DNA from: Stylophora pistillata
Lineage: Eukaryota
Direction: 5' to 3'
NCBI RefSeq assembly: GCF_002571385.2
Contig: NW_019217973.1
Coordinates: forward strand, 237,131 to 301,130
Length of the DNA stretch: 64,000 nt
This document shows, one piece after another, positions 1 to 13,700 of the stretch (its first letter is position 1; each line of letters begins with the position of its first letter). The notes under the pieces are model-generated. The model did not search any database, was not told where the DNA came from, and saw nothing but the letters and a program-made list of their open reading frames with translations. Made by a program: the position numbers and the translations under genes.

Positions 1-2760
1 AATCTTTCATGAAACGATAAAGGTGAATGAAAGACACCAGCAAGACTAAAACTGGTATTAGAAATTTTAAAAAAATCTCTGCAACTCCTATGATAACTCT
101 AACCTCTCTGCTGGCTACTCCTTGGAACACGCAGCGTTCAGTTATATTGACATTGTCAAGAAAATACTTGGTCTCTATGATGTGAGTGCTGTTAGCAGCA
201 AAGGAAGCAATCCAAATAATAATCAGATACTGTTGTACTTTGTGAATTCTAAAAGTTGTTCGATGTTCGAAGGGTCGAAATACAGCAAACCAGCGCTCCA
301 CTGCGAGTAACGTAACCGTATACAAGGAAACGATTCCGAAAGTAAATACAAGATATTGATTTCCTATGACGTAGCAAAACATCGCAGAGCCAACATTCTT
401 CCTTGACAAAGCTGGTTTTTGACCAATTATATATTCTGGTGTTAAGACAAGAAAAATTCCTAAAAATAAGAGAAAAATCATCACCACCTCTTTAGATTTA
501 GATTTATTTAGCTTCGCCAACCGGCAGGGACACTGCAACAACTTGCGCCAATTACTGCGGGCCCAATAAACCCACTCATCCCACCCCAGGGGAGAGTAAA
601 TGGAGGTATCATAGGACAAAAATTTTGTCTTGTTTTTTTTTTTAATTGATTTTTATTGCTATCAATTTTGCTAGGACAGAAATTTTATCTGGTTTTTAAT
701 TTTTTGAATTAATGCTATCTATTTTTATCAGGATAAAAAGATATGTTTCATTTTTTCTTCCAAAAATTTATCATATTTTATAATCTCATCAGCTAACAAT
801 TGAAGATATGTCAATTCTTTCTTCTTTTCTTCTCTCTTTTAGTTTTATCTTCCTTCGCTTATTATACTTGTTACGTGCACGAATGACCAACAAATGTCCG
901 CTAACAAAGCATACATAAAAATAGACTCCCGAGTACGATATATGGCACGCAACAAAAATGTAACAACAAGCAGTTACCCATTTTAACTATTATTTAATTA
1001 GTTTTACAATGTCTAATTTACTTAGGTTAAAGATTAAGTTCAGCAGTTCATAAAGCAGGCTTACAATCCTTCATGCCGTGTAAGTCTTCGTCGTTTTGAT
1101 CAACTTCCAATTCCAACATCCGCCGACTGAAGACCACGGCGCTTGGCTTTCTTGATTTATCGCATTCTTTCCCTGTACACAAACTCTTCCGGAGGACTCC
1201 ATAGTAAACTCTGTATTCTCTATCTTCTTCCTCTCTCGACTATCGTCTTTTTCATCTCTTTCTTCTCTCTGGGTATCGCAAGGTCAAAAGGTCATAGCCT
1301 TGTCATATCATAGCTTCCACAAGCTCAGTCAGCAAGCCACGAGGGTAAGCCCTCGGGCAAATCTCCTATGTACTTCTCACATGCCAGCTTTTATACCTTT
1401 ACTTTAGTTATCTAGAACGTTCCATTACTATTTATAGCGCATTACAAGTTGTACTATTTTTGGAAACTGCTGCGTCACATGAAAGAAGTTTCTGGAATAT
1501 TACAGATTATAGATAATTCTAGAAAAGTCTGGGATTGCGTGACAGATTCAGTAAAAATAATTCGATCCTCGTAACATACTCTTCCAAAATTTCTTTTACA
1601 AGAGGAGAAGAAGCAACTATTAAGTAACTTTCGTAACCTTTGAATCTGTTTATCATGTTGTATGTTGGACCACCGATTGATATCTTTCTATTGGTATATG
1701 GATTTACACCTCTTTCTAATAAGTGGAACTCCAGCATCGCTTCTCTATCGTTCAATAGCCTTTCTACAGTCTCCAGATGTTCTGTATTTAATCTTAAAGA
1801 GTTTTCTTGTAATGATAAGTCACTTATATCCTTTGTGAGTCTGTCTATCTTGTCTCTGATACAATTCATTTGTTTTAGAGATAAGAATCAAATTTTCTTC
1901 ATATGATAGCAATGTCTTGCCTTACCCAGGAAAAAATTCAAATAATTTACCAAATAAGTATAAAATAAAAAAAGGATTCTGTATTCTATTATTGAGATTA
2001 TCTGCTCTCCTTATCAATTGGTGAATTTGAAAAAAAAAAAAACTCTTCAAGGAATTAACAAAAATCAGATAAAATTTTTTTCCTAGCAAAATTGATAGCA
2101 TTATAATTGAATAAATTAAAAACAAGATAAATTTTTTGTCCTAGCAAAATTGATAGCATTAAAAGTCAATAAATAAAAATAGAGACAACATTTTTGTCCT
2201 AGGTACCTCCATTTCTATACTACTGGGGAGGACATTCATCACACAGTAATCTCGTGTGTGGGAAATTAACGTCTCCTACCCCAACCCTACAGGAGACGGG
2301 ACCTCCATTCATTCGTCCCTATCCGAGAAGACTAGAAAATCTAACCATTTCTTGATGTTATAGAAAGGCAGCAAATTCTTCTCAATTATTTTAAGACCCT
2401 GAGTGTTGGTCCGGCCGGGGCTCGGAACTCTCGACCTCCCGCACAACAGTCCAGCGCTCTATCCATTGAGCTAACCAATGGATAGAGATAATTTCGTATG
2501 CTTATCTTTGCAATAGTTAATGATAAATCTGATAACTTTTGAATGATGGTAAGTCGAATGTTCAAAATTCCAACAGTGGACTAACCTGTCATCATATCGG
2601 TGATAGCCAAGCTCAGTATTATTTTGTGATAAGCTTTTCTCAGTAGTTTTCTATTGCGTATGATAATCGCAATAAAGAAGACATTTCCAGTGAAAGAGAT
2701 GATTGCAACGGTCGCAAAAAACAACCTTTGACTTAAATTTCCACTGAAAACCATGTGCAT
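1..2760 (-). CDS. Rhodopsin-like (class A) GPCR, 5' part; coding exons 2760-2586 and 459-1 (continues off window)
   Basis: Exon 2760-2586 gives MHMVFSGNLSQRLFFATVAIISFTGNVFFIAII...LSLAITDMMT (TM1 GN, TM2 LAxxD). A phase-1 GT/AG join to 459 continues GIFLVLTP...MFCYVIGNQYLVFTFGIVSLYTVTLLAVERWFAVFRP (TM3 Cys and ERW, the DRY equivalent), TM4 Trp, an ECL2 Cys and TM5 FLIP. Confidence 0.9.
595..2224. mobile_element. Non-autonomous Polinton/Maverick-like DNA element (1630 bp) with TIRs and 6-bp TSD
   Basis: Left end AGTAAATGGAGGTATCATAGGACAAAAAT; reverse complement of right end AGTAGTATAGAAATGGAGGTACCTAGGACAAAAAT. About 150-bp TIRs built from roughly 57-bp subterminal repeats. Flanked by GGGGAG at 589-594 and 2225-2230. 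Confidence 0.7.
1519..1869 (-). CDS. Small intronless ORF (116 aa) of unknown function inside the Polinton-like element
   Basis: ATG-initiated ORF with a helical, coiled-coil-like N-terminus, lying between the TIRs. No recognisable motif. Confidence 0.35.
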   Translation of the reverse strand: MNCIRDKIDRLTKDISDLSLQENSLRLNTEHLETVERLLNDREAMLEFHLLERGVNPYTNRKISIGGPTYNMINRFKGYESYLIVASSPLVKEILEEYVTRIELFLLNLSRNPRLF

Positions 2761-5198
2761 TTCTTTCTGCAAGGAAAAAAAAACATAATAATTAGCATTT
2801 AAGTACTAAATAACATATATCTCCCGTCACTGATAAAAAAAATTAAAAGAAGGTATGCGAGGTCTTAACTGAGAAAGGAAATTTGTCTAATTGCTCAAAA
2901 GGTTCTCTATAGAACTAACATTTGATTTCTTGGAGCTCAAATTATGCTATGATTGTTGTTTGGGAGGTTATCCCATATAACACTTTCATCCATCAGGTGG
3001 CGCGAAGAAATTCTAAGTCTTGATTTAAAGAACGTGCTGGCAAACATTGTTCCAGCCTTGCATTAGCAACCTGAGTTGACCTTGGACAGCAGTGTTGTTT
3101 CAAACGTGAGCGGTTGACAATAGAAATATCAGCTCTTTATATCATATAATCATATTGGAAGAAATTTGATATATTCACAACAATTTTAGTATGGTACTTT
3201 GTTGAATTTAATAAATAAGATTCCTCTTACTAATAACTTCTTTTCCGAAGGATAAAAAGTAATAAATCAAATCTACTCAATTTCCGGTAACTAGCTGATT
3301 TTAAAATTAAAATCCATTAAACCAGTGAAAAACCTACAAATTATATTGACCAAGGAGCTGCTTCACATACTTTAAATTCTGTTATTTTGCCAACGAGATC
3401 AGCAAAAATAGGTTATAAAATTATTTAAATTCACTCATAAGCCTGTTAAAAATTCGTTGAAATTTAACATTTTTCTCAAAGAAAAAAAATCGTGCAACCT
3501 ATCATTGCATTGAGAAAAAAAACGTGTGGCTTTAGTGTGTCACGTACGTAACGCCTTTCTCGTATATTAAACCACTAAGTTTTTGAAGCTTAACAATGTT
3601 TTGTATGAAAGCGATCTTCGCAGTAAAAAAACCCTACTTAAGTAGTAGTGGAAATGAGGCTTGAAAAAAATTTTAGGCCCGTACAGGATCTGTAACCAAC
3701 TGAGCTGGGAGCTGGTCATCATGTTGGTTCGTATTTAAACCCGTTTACACGGGTTTAAATTTTAGTTTTTTCTGACTAACTGTAGCTATCCACATCGATA
3801 AAAGAATAGTGTTTTCTTCTCACAAAGAAACCCATTCTAGAGAAAATGAAAGATTGAGAGCCCTTATATCTTAAGGATATCAATGTCATCCTTTGAAATT
3901 TTCCAGAAACGATTGGGGGACGGGTCTCATCTAAATAAAAGCGTATTGTTTGCAGAATACGCCAAAGTCCACAGCGTGCAGTAGTTAAATATGGAAGTTC
4001 AACAAATAGCCGCGATAGACTCTCTTTAAGTTTCAATTTAGATTTTGGCAATGAAAGCTATAACTTATTTTTATTCCATTTTTACTGAGGAGGAATTTGC
4101 ATTTGAAACGCAACCTGGTAGTCCTGGTAGTGTTTAGTAGAATTTTTACATCCACGATGAAATTATTTCAGCAACCAGTTAAAGATTTTCCTTATAATAG
4201 TAAGTTACATGCCAATCATAAAATTGATGTTGCTGGATGACTAAATCATTTTCAACAGATTTCGACAAATCGATCACAAAGTGACAGCTAAATGTACATC
4301 TTACCAGCACCTGTCGCATCATAATCATCTCTTACATCACGAAGCTTAAAAAGCACTGTCGAAAATACGTCCAGCCATGGTGTGAGAGTAATGTCACGGT
4401 ATAATATTGTCGGTCACGTAGTGGAAAATTACTTCTTTGGGGTTGCTCGTTGTTTTCCGGATTGAAGTTTACCAATTTTCTTTTTGTCGACATCGTCCGT
4501 TTTGAATTGCTTTTCAATGGTTACGTTACAAAATGGTAGTATATATCAGAGGTCCTATGACAGCATTGCACAATGTTGGTCGTGCTACAAAATTAATTCC
4601 AACCATCTCTGTTAAGAACTGTGGGTTTGCATAGATCCTCATGGTAGGCGAGACTCTTCTGTATAATTAAACAGGGGAAACTTCTGAATTTAATGTAAAA
4701 GGAGAATAAACAGCCTGTCGCTTTCTTTTCTTGTCGTATTAGCTTAGATTGGCATTGTTTTAAGAGGGTTGTTTCCTTGGTAAGGAAATTAAAATAGACA
4801 ATGTTAACGTTTTTGAAAAATAAAAAAAATTGTTGATTGCAGCTGTAGCTTGCAAAAAAAAAAAAAAAGAAACGAAAAGAATCACCATAGTCAATAGAAC
4901 TACCAAAAGGGGTTTTTAAGCAAACAAGGACGTGTAATCTATCATTTCAATTTAGTGCCGCGCCTCGAAAACCTACTGTAAATTAGAATGAAACATTCTT
5001 TTGAGTTTTCTCAGTGTCTTCCAAAGCAAAGATTGGATAAATTTTTCAAATTCAATCACGCGCGTTAAAGTTACGCGAACACTAGCGAATCAGGGGACTA
5101 ACAAACGGAATGAAAACTGTCGAAGTTTTAAAATTGCTACGATCAGTTCAAGAGATATTTTGAGTTGACGATCTCGACAGTTCTCGTAGTGTCAGATC

Positions 5199-5200
<2 letters not shown>

Positions 5201-5229
<29 letters not shown>

Positions 5230-5430
5230 TAGGTTAATTGAGGCTTCCCCATAGGGGCTTTTCAGCCACAATGTAGTTTAACTAAGTGCTTGAAAATCCC
5301 CACTGGCAGGAGGCAGATCAGTGGGCTATTCACAGAGCGCAGCCGAAGAGTTGAACCAGGGGCAACCGAGAGCAAATCCAGTGAGTGGCAGGGTGGAGGA
5401 TTTCAACACGGGACACCGGATTACAAGTTC
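5201..5430 (-). mobile_element. tRNA-derived SINE (family B), decayed, with (TTA)n tail
   Basis: Reverse complement CACTGGATTTGCTCTCGGTTGCCCCTGGTTCAACTCTTCGGCTGCGCTCTGTGAATAGCCCACTGATCTGCCTCCTGCCAGTGGGGAT resembles the core at 21590-21680. (AAT)n at 5201-5228. Confidence 0.65.
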
Positions 5431-7749
5431 ATCACACAGATCTATTTATCAACTATTTTCCTTTTTCGCTGTTCAAGAACAAGCTTATCCAAGAACAAGA
5501 CTTGTTATTCAGGACGGTATGATTTCCGCTGATTAATATTGTAGTAAAGTATTTCACGTATGTAACATCAATTTGCCAGGCTTCCTTGCCTGAGAACTGC
5601 TCTTTTAGGAAATATATCTAAATGAGTTGTATGTATTAGGTTTTTTTAGATTCTTAATCTTAGAGGCACGTACGTATTTTGAACGAGCTCTACGAGCTCC
5701 TTGAAGCTACGTGGATGAATAAAGTATTGATTGATATTGATTGATTGAGCTGGTCAAATGTCCGTTTTTGAAATATCATCGTTTGATTATAATCAGACCT
5801 GGCAAGGTAGCACTGGCGTTTTAGATGTGGAAAGAGGAAACACACGTGGCTTGAACGTAGAAGAACATCTTCGACCTGAGCAGAAAACCAATTTTAAGAG
5901 GAGAATAATTACATGCGCTTCTCTATTCGACATCAACACACCTTATACTGGACTGATTTTGGCCCACAAAAAACTTTCAATGGTTCCCAGGGCCTTGCTT
6001 TTTTTACCCGAAACTAATACCACTACCACCTGCTTTAAGCACACTGCTGAGTTGATTTGGGTCCCGTTTTATTTCTCTCCCTGGGTGTCTTTGCATTGAA
6101 CCGTTAAATAAGCCTGCTTAACGAGATGTCGCCAAAGAATTATGTGTGATTCCTCATGATACTTTATTTCAGTTGCATCTTGGTTCTGTGGTAGTCACAT
6201 GCGGCAGGATGCTGATTGATTCCATTGTCTGTTCTACTTTCTCTGTAATCCCGTGTGCTTTGAAGATAAGATCGTTTAGCGCACAGGCGCAGTGGAATGT
6301 AATTGGACAAGGAGCAGTATTTTAAAAGTTAATTTCTGTAATGAAACGCGAAGGTGACTCCTCGATTTAAGTAGGTAGATCATAACTTTAAGACATCACC
6401 TGTTCTCCTTTTACTCTGTCGGCTGCATTTACGTTTCCTCGATGGGTTTACGAGTAAAACATCAAAAGCTTGTAATTCCTGTCAAAATTACGGTCGAATT
6501 TAATAATAAAACTAAACCCAGGTATGACCATCTCCGTACACCTGGCCGAGGTTAGATTTCTAACTAGCACTAATTTGTTAATCGTATAGCTTTTCTCGGA
6601 CCAAGACAATTTAGTTCCATTCATTTGCAGTTGAAGACCACAAGGATTGTACGTATGCCCAGTCCCACTCTCTATTCGACCAGTCCGTTCAAAAGAAATC
6701 TCAATCAGAAAAAATAAACACCGACAGGAGTCTTCAAATTTGGATAACTATTGCGATTCTCAAAGGTGGAAAAAAAGTAAACCCTGGAAACAACAATAAA
6801 GAAAGTGGTCGATGAATAAAAAAATTGTCCGATTGTTTTGGATTGACCTTGGACGCAGTATCTCCATTGCGTGAGGGTTGATGAGCGTGAAAAATATACC
6901 TACAAACTTTATTAACCAAGCGGCGATGAAAACACTCAAAATATTCACAATTTCTCTCCACGGGTGAAGAGTCTTTGAATGTTTCAATTTAAACCGACTC
7001 GTAAGCGGCCACAAAGTCCTTTGTTAAACCCATGTTATCTGACTCTTAACCAATAGGAAGGCGACAGCTCCTGAAGAAGCCATTAGCCTGACAATTTGTT
7101 ACTTTCGTCGGGATAGACACCATGAATGGACCACCCCCCAATAGAGAGCAATCATGGCCATCATCAATTATTCATCCAAGCAAACAATCGATAGAATGTA
7201 GCCCATTTCAAATATGTCCTAATGGCCGTTTCAATTTCTCGCACTGTTAATTGATCCTGTAGAATAGACTTAATTGCCTTTACCATGGTCTTTGGTGTTC
7301 ATCAATTAGGAACAAGTTTACAAGGTAAGACCTTTTCCTTTTTACAGATTTGGAAAGTGTTCCTAGCTTTAAATACTTTCATATGAAAATTTTACCAGTC
7401 CAGGTTAGAACTCCTTTTGAATTCAGGATAGAGGCTAACAGTCAAGTTTAAAAGTATCTAACACAACGTAACCCCACTACTAAGTCGTTCATTCTATTGG
7501 TTGGGATAGAAATTTGTAAGTTTCCAGGTGTCCATATAAAATCTGAGTCAAGTGGCAGTAAAAAGGTGAAAAATATCTCTAACTTAAGTAATAATATTTA
7601 ATGAGACATGTCTCTCGAAAGGAACCAAAGCAAACAAGTCCACTCAAACTAAATTTACTTCCGCGTGGGACATTATATATTGTTAAAACCTTGTTTTATA
7701 ATCATCGACAGAGGCAAGGTGATCAATCCAACAATAGCAAGCACCTATC

Positions 7750-10700
7750 ATGAGAGACATAGTGCATATTCAAGTTGGACAGTGCGGGAATCAGATCAGC
7801 TCTAAGGTATTTTAACATGTATTTGTCGAAGCTTTTATCAGTTAAGCAGATGAAAGGTTGTCGCATCTAAAGGTTTCAATGGTGGAATGCAAAAATCTTT
7901 CTCGTTTTGGTGGAAGTTGTTGAAAAAAGCTCCCAAAAAAAGAAGACGTTAAATGTCAAATACAGGATTAGAACTGCCTAAGTCTACTCTGCAAAATTGT
8001 TTTTTAACTGATACAAAATAATTTCTTAGCTGCGAGCAAATCGACGATTTTCCGCCAAACACCTTGAACAAAAAAATATAGGTAAAAATTCAAAATACCA
8101 TTTAAATTTAAAGGAAAAAGATCACAAATTTTTCTCGTTTTATGCTATTTAGTATTGTCTCCACAAAATACCAATCTCATTTGTAAACTAGATGTAAGGT
8201 ATTTCTCCAGTTAGACGTACAATTTGCAAGACTTTTCTTAAGTGCACGGTCCGTTTGATAATAAAACAGATTTCACATTGGATGCCATTAGCTCAAGTAA
8301 AGGGCTCTCTATTGATTTACACAGGAAAACCTTTTGACGTTTGACGAAACACTAGTCTTAAAATCTGCCGGCTTAATAGCCCATCTATGGATTTCCTTCA
8401 CTGTTTCAATATAACAAGTTTAAAGTCAGCGTGGTTCATTGAAATTATAGTTTATCAATTAAATGCAAATTACCGTCGCAGAAGGGTTCGCGGAGCCTGA
8501 AACAAATTTAAACTGTTAGGTTAATTCAAATTGTTCAGTAAATTTAAACTGTTCGGTAAAAGAGATGACAGTGTTTACCGTTTGCTATCATGTACAAAAG
8601 AGGATATACTTAGCTTCCTAAACGTGCAATTTTTTTTAAAGTTGGACGCAAAGAGACTTAAGCTGCGATACCAAGGAGAAATTTCTTTAGACCACCTGCC
8701 GAAAGAAAAGCAGGTCTCTAATTTACCAGCAGTGGTTAAATCCCCCGCCATTGTTCTACTTTGAAGAAAAGATCTGCCTAAACTAAAACTGCAACAGAGA
8801 ATGACAAACTCTTATACACAGGAACAAATACATCAACCAGGGGGATCGCAATGGTCCAGAAGAATCGCACCTTTCATAGATTTATTCCTGCACGAGGAAA
8901 TTAATTTTTTGACTTTATCACGATTTAAGACGAGGCCACCTGCAGGACTGTAGGCTGTTGTCGATTCACCTGTGAGAGGACGTTTTTCCTCCAACTGCCC
9001 TATCAACAGAAAACTTTGTCTCACGCTTCTCATTTTCTAATATGTTTCATGAAGAAAACGCTACAAAAACTCTCACCCAACATTCCTAATTCATGGAACG
9101 GTGTCCTAGCTTTTTAAAACATTTCTTGCAACAGTTATCTCTTTTCTTCATTAATAACAAACATACTTCTCCGTAAAAAAGGAAAATACAAAATGAAAAT
9201 TATTACGTCGCTGTCAACGAAAAACAGGCATGGTATATAAATGACAGAAATGAAGAACTCTATCTCTCGATATTGATTAGTGACCAATAATGTACACATC
9301 CTACGACAAGTATGATGCAAAACAGAAACCACAACAAATGTGATCTTTAAGGGTAAACCAGGCTCAAACACACCGTTATCTATCAGTCTGCATGTGATTT
9401 AATTTATATTATTTCTATTGTTCTCTGCTTGATGCAGTTTTGGGAACTTATCTCTGATGAACATGGGATTTCGCCAGATGGGCATTATACGGGAAAAACC
9501 CACAATCAAATGGATAGGCTCAACGTTTATTTTGACGAAACAGTGGGTAAGTAGTGCGTAAGCACAGAGTATATCTCACCCGAAAATGAGAAAACTATTC
9601 TCCCTTGACATAGATTCGTTCACCTAGAAAAGATGTTATTAGAGAAAAAGGGATGTACTTTCAACGGCTTGATACAAGCAGCAGTTGCTAGACCAAAGAT
9701 CAAAAGGTCTTGTTCTTATCAGTAAATGTTCTGATTTACATCTCGCTGTTCGATCTTGCACCAAACTATTGATCGAGAAAATGAGTGTTATCGTTAAGTC
9801 ATAACGATAACTGTTGAGTCAGTGAGAGTGTACTCAGTATTTCGCCTGTTGTCCGCTGATTGAATGTTTACTAAAGTTATTGGACTTTTTTACTCTCAGG
9901 TGAGATAAATTTATTTTTCTCTTGTGTATGCAGATGGCCGGTACATTCCAAGAGCTGCATGCCTGGATTTGGAACCAGGCTCAATCGACTCACTCCGCAC
10001 CTCAAAGTACGGAGGACTCTTCAGCCCTGACAACTGCATATGTGGTGAGTTAAAAAGAAACTGAAGCTAAGGGAAACGCTCAATTTCGGTTAAAAGCAAT
10101 GCTGTAAATCATTATCGGTTCGAATTCAAGTAAGCCAAGTGACGTTTGAAAAAACATTGATTAACACATGAGAGAGAAATTTTTTTCTGGTGTTCTCTGC
10201 TTAACTTTGTATCAAGAAAATTTTAATCAACTGGCCAAGAAAACATTCAGTCATGGTTTAACTGCCTATCCCGTTGTATCAATTGATTACAAGTATCATT
10301 CTCAACACATCCTGTAATCTATATATTTAATTCCAAATACAGGTCAGAGCAGTGCGGCAAACAATTGGGCCAAAGGATTTTACACGGAAGGTTCTGAACT
10401 TCTAGAATCAGGGATGGACTGCATACGAAAACTGGCGGAATTTTGTGATTGTGTGCAAGGTTTTCAAGTGGCTCATTCTCTAGGAGGAGGGACAGGCTCT
10501 GGCCTTGGGTCGCTTTTAATGTCAAAAATTCGCGAAGAATATCCGGATAGACTGCTGAGCAGTTTTTGTGTGCTGCCCTCGCCAAGAGTGTCCGAGACAA
10601 TCACTGAGCCGTATAATGCTACGCTAAGCTTTCATCATCTTGTGGACATTGCAGACGCTGCGATTTGTATTGATAATGAAGCTTTGTATTATATCTGTTC

Positions 10701-13700
10701 AAACATTTTAAAACTGAAGACGCCTACCTACAGTGAACTGAACAAACTAGTGGCTACGACCATGGCCGGAGTCACAACCTCCCTACGTTTTCCTGGTCAG
10801 GTAAGGATCAATAAGCTAAAATTACATAACAATGCTGGGACAACTGCAGTCAAAACCCTCCCAAACAGCCACCTTGAGGACATTGCAAAGTGGTTTTTTG
10901 TAGAGAAAGGCTATCGTAGGGGGGAAAAAGGAACATAAATGATGACAGTCTTTTTTGAAAACATAGAACATTCTTTTTCCAAAAACTGCCTTTTGTTTCT
11001 TACAACTTCAGTAGAAAAATTAAAACGCATCAAAGTAGAAAAAGAAAACAATCAAATAAATGTAAAAACAAATTTTAAAAAATCATAAAAAAAAACCAAA
11101 CGAGTAGGGAAAAATAAGTACTTCAGCTCTCTCGCTGTTCGCTTTCAATCCTGTAGACATTTTATTTTCTTTAGGCGAATAAGTCGGTGAACAACTAGAC
11201 GTGGTCGATGTGTTATTTTAAAATACACATTTTTTTTTTTTATGCGCACCGTGCCCAGGGGCTATAAAATGGGCCCTATGGGAAGGTGGCCACTAGCAGA
11301 GCTTTGACTGTAAAAGCTTTGTGTTCGCAATTGTCATATTGAAACAACTAAATAAAACTTTGGGTGTACTTACGGAAATGTGCTCTCCACAGCTGAACGC
11401 AGAACTCAGAAAACTCGCAGTAAATATGGTTCCATTTCCAAGACTTCATTTCTTCATACCCGCTCACGCACCACTCATTAGCCGATGCTCTCAAAGCTAC
11501 AGATCATACGGCATCTCGGAACTTACAAGTAACATGTTCGGACCTCAAAACATGATGGTAGCTTGTGATCCGCGCCAGGGAAGGTACCTTACCGCTGCAG
11601 CTATGTTCAGAGGTCAGCTCGCTATGAGGGAGGTGGAGGAAACCATCTCCGCGATGCAAAACGCATATTCAACTTCATTTGTTGAGTGGATTCCGAATAA
11701 CATGAAAACAGCTGTATGTAATGTACCGCCTAAAGGACAAAAAACCTCCGCCACGTTTCTTTATAACAGTACCGCCATACAGGAAGCGTTCAAAAGATTT
11801 ACTGACCAGTTTTCTGCCATGTTCAGAAGGAGAGCATTTCTCCATTGGTATACAACGGAAGGCATGGATATTATGGAGTTCACCGAGGTGATTTTTATCT
11901 TCGTTTCCTTGTTAATTTCTTTGAAGACCAGCCACTTTTTCGATCGAGCCTATTTCGTGTTTGACATTTGAAATAACTAGTGATACCATCGACATTATTT
12001 TACTGTACGACTGATCACTCTTAATTGTATAAAATCTACTCCCACCGTGACCTGGTCACAACGCGGTTTATTGTCATTTTACAAAATGTTAGTAGAATCG
12101 CAACTAAGTAGGAGGGTGATTCTTCAAAACCCAGGAATCCCTTGCACGAAAACCAAAAAAGCTGCTTTTACATTGGCGTGTTTACATCCAAGATGGAAAT
12201 ATAAATAGGTTTGAAATTCAAGCAGTAAAAATATCAGGAAAAGAAACAAACTGAACTGGCTTTTGGGCAAAGAACTGCTTTAGTTACGTTAAAATATCGA
12301 GCTAAATTCCATTAATGGTGTTTCATTCAAAGTCTTGATATATTTATTGTGAAGGCTTCTTTTAACCGGATTAGAGCAAACCCTATCAGCCGTGCGCGTG
12401 TGAAGACAAAACCAACACGGAACGAGAGTTCACTGGAACGCGTTAGAAGAGACTGCAATTCATGCCAAAGTATTTGACAATTTCTCACTGTACAAATTGA
12501 AAGTCATGAACGTGCATGTAGAACCCTCTGTGATAGAGCGCCACATTGCTAACACTATAGATTAGCGAACGAGACTTTAAGCGCGAAATTTCCAAAAACT
12601 ATCTGATGAGTTTCTTGGCCGAGACGAAACGCCGAGTCATACCAGCCACGAAGTTTTTTTTTTCATTTTGAGTCATTTGGTAATGTGTTATCGTACAAAA
12701 GTTGTTTGTTTTCGAGTAAATTAACTACGAAGGCTTTGAAAGAAAAATGGCTTAGACTCGTGGGCGAATTATTTACTTGTAAAAGAACACAAACGGAAAA
12801 ATTTTGTTGAGATCGACAGGGATGCGTGAAACTCGTACTTGCAATTCAGACGAGTTACTAGACAAATGTTTCATCAAACCAACACAAGTAAAAGCCTTCC
12901 GGATTTTCTTACTTTCGTCACAAAGTAAATCGAATTTTTAAACCATAACTGCTTCGTAAATAATCGATAAACTGACCTTTCTCCCATGATCCATAACCTT
13001 TTTTAGGAAGATCATTGCTTCCCGACTTCGCTCTTAAATTCCAGTTTCTTGAACTTTCTACACAAACACGATTGTTCAGTCGATTGTACGCACAGTAAGG
13101 GATTGAAGAGCCGTTAACGTTGAGACAAAATTTCTATAAAAAGGCAAGGTGTCGAAGCTCCTAGGCTGAAGTGTTTGTTCCTGAATAACATAAGTTACCC
13201 TGAGCAACAAAACTACGCAACAGTCTACGCAACAAAGGAAACAAAATTCCCGCCATGGCGCGCGCTTGCTACATGGATCAGCTGAGCCATCTCATTGGTT
13301 ATACGAGGCGACATTGAAGAAAAACATACTGAGGATAAATGGCTTAAAACAGAACAAAAAATAGAGAATGAGCCGCGTAGATACAAGTTATAAGAAATTT
13401 TTAATGCTCTCAATTGAACTTAAGATAAAAATGAATTTGAGTCACAGAGTAAACCTGAAAAGGTGGCATTTTTTGGAGAGGGATCTCTTTAGCGTTCCTG
13501 GCATGCAACAGGTCATAAGAGCAGCCGACATATATTTTTAATCGTTCTTTTCCTCAACAGTGTGACAAATGGAAGGTAGAGACATTACTTTTCAATAGTT
13601 TCAATCTAATGAGGGAAGGGGTGGGGGGTGGAAAATATCACGGTGTGGTATCATAACTAATTCACATTAACAACACATCATCAGCCCCTTAAAATAACCA

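Larger units (their letters stand above)
492..2478 (-). mobile_element. tRNA-derived SINE (family A), split into 2478-2225 and 594-492 by a nested TIR element
   Basis: Reverse complement of 2225-2478 matches the + strand copies at 44009 and 45367 (TGGTTAGCTCAA A-box, B-box-like segment, shared core). The sequence CATCCCACCCCAGGGGAG continues at 577-594, and the tail ends in AAATCT-type repeats. Confidence 0.85.

Noticed and set aside
5758-7014. Short ORFs in the GPCR-tubulin intergenic region
   Set aside because: No recognisable motifs, splice context or coding-like composition.
10319-10600. Antisense ORFs over tubulin, coiled-coil and His exons
   Set aside because: Shadows of real coding sequence on the opposite strand.
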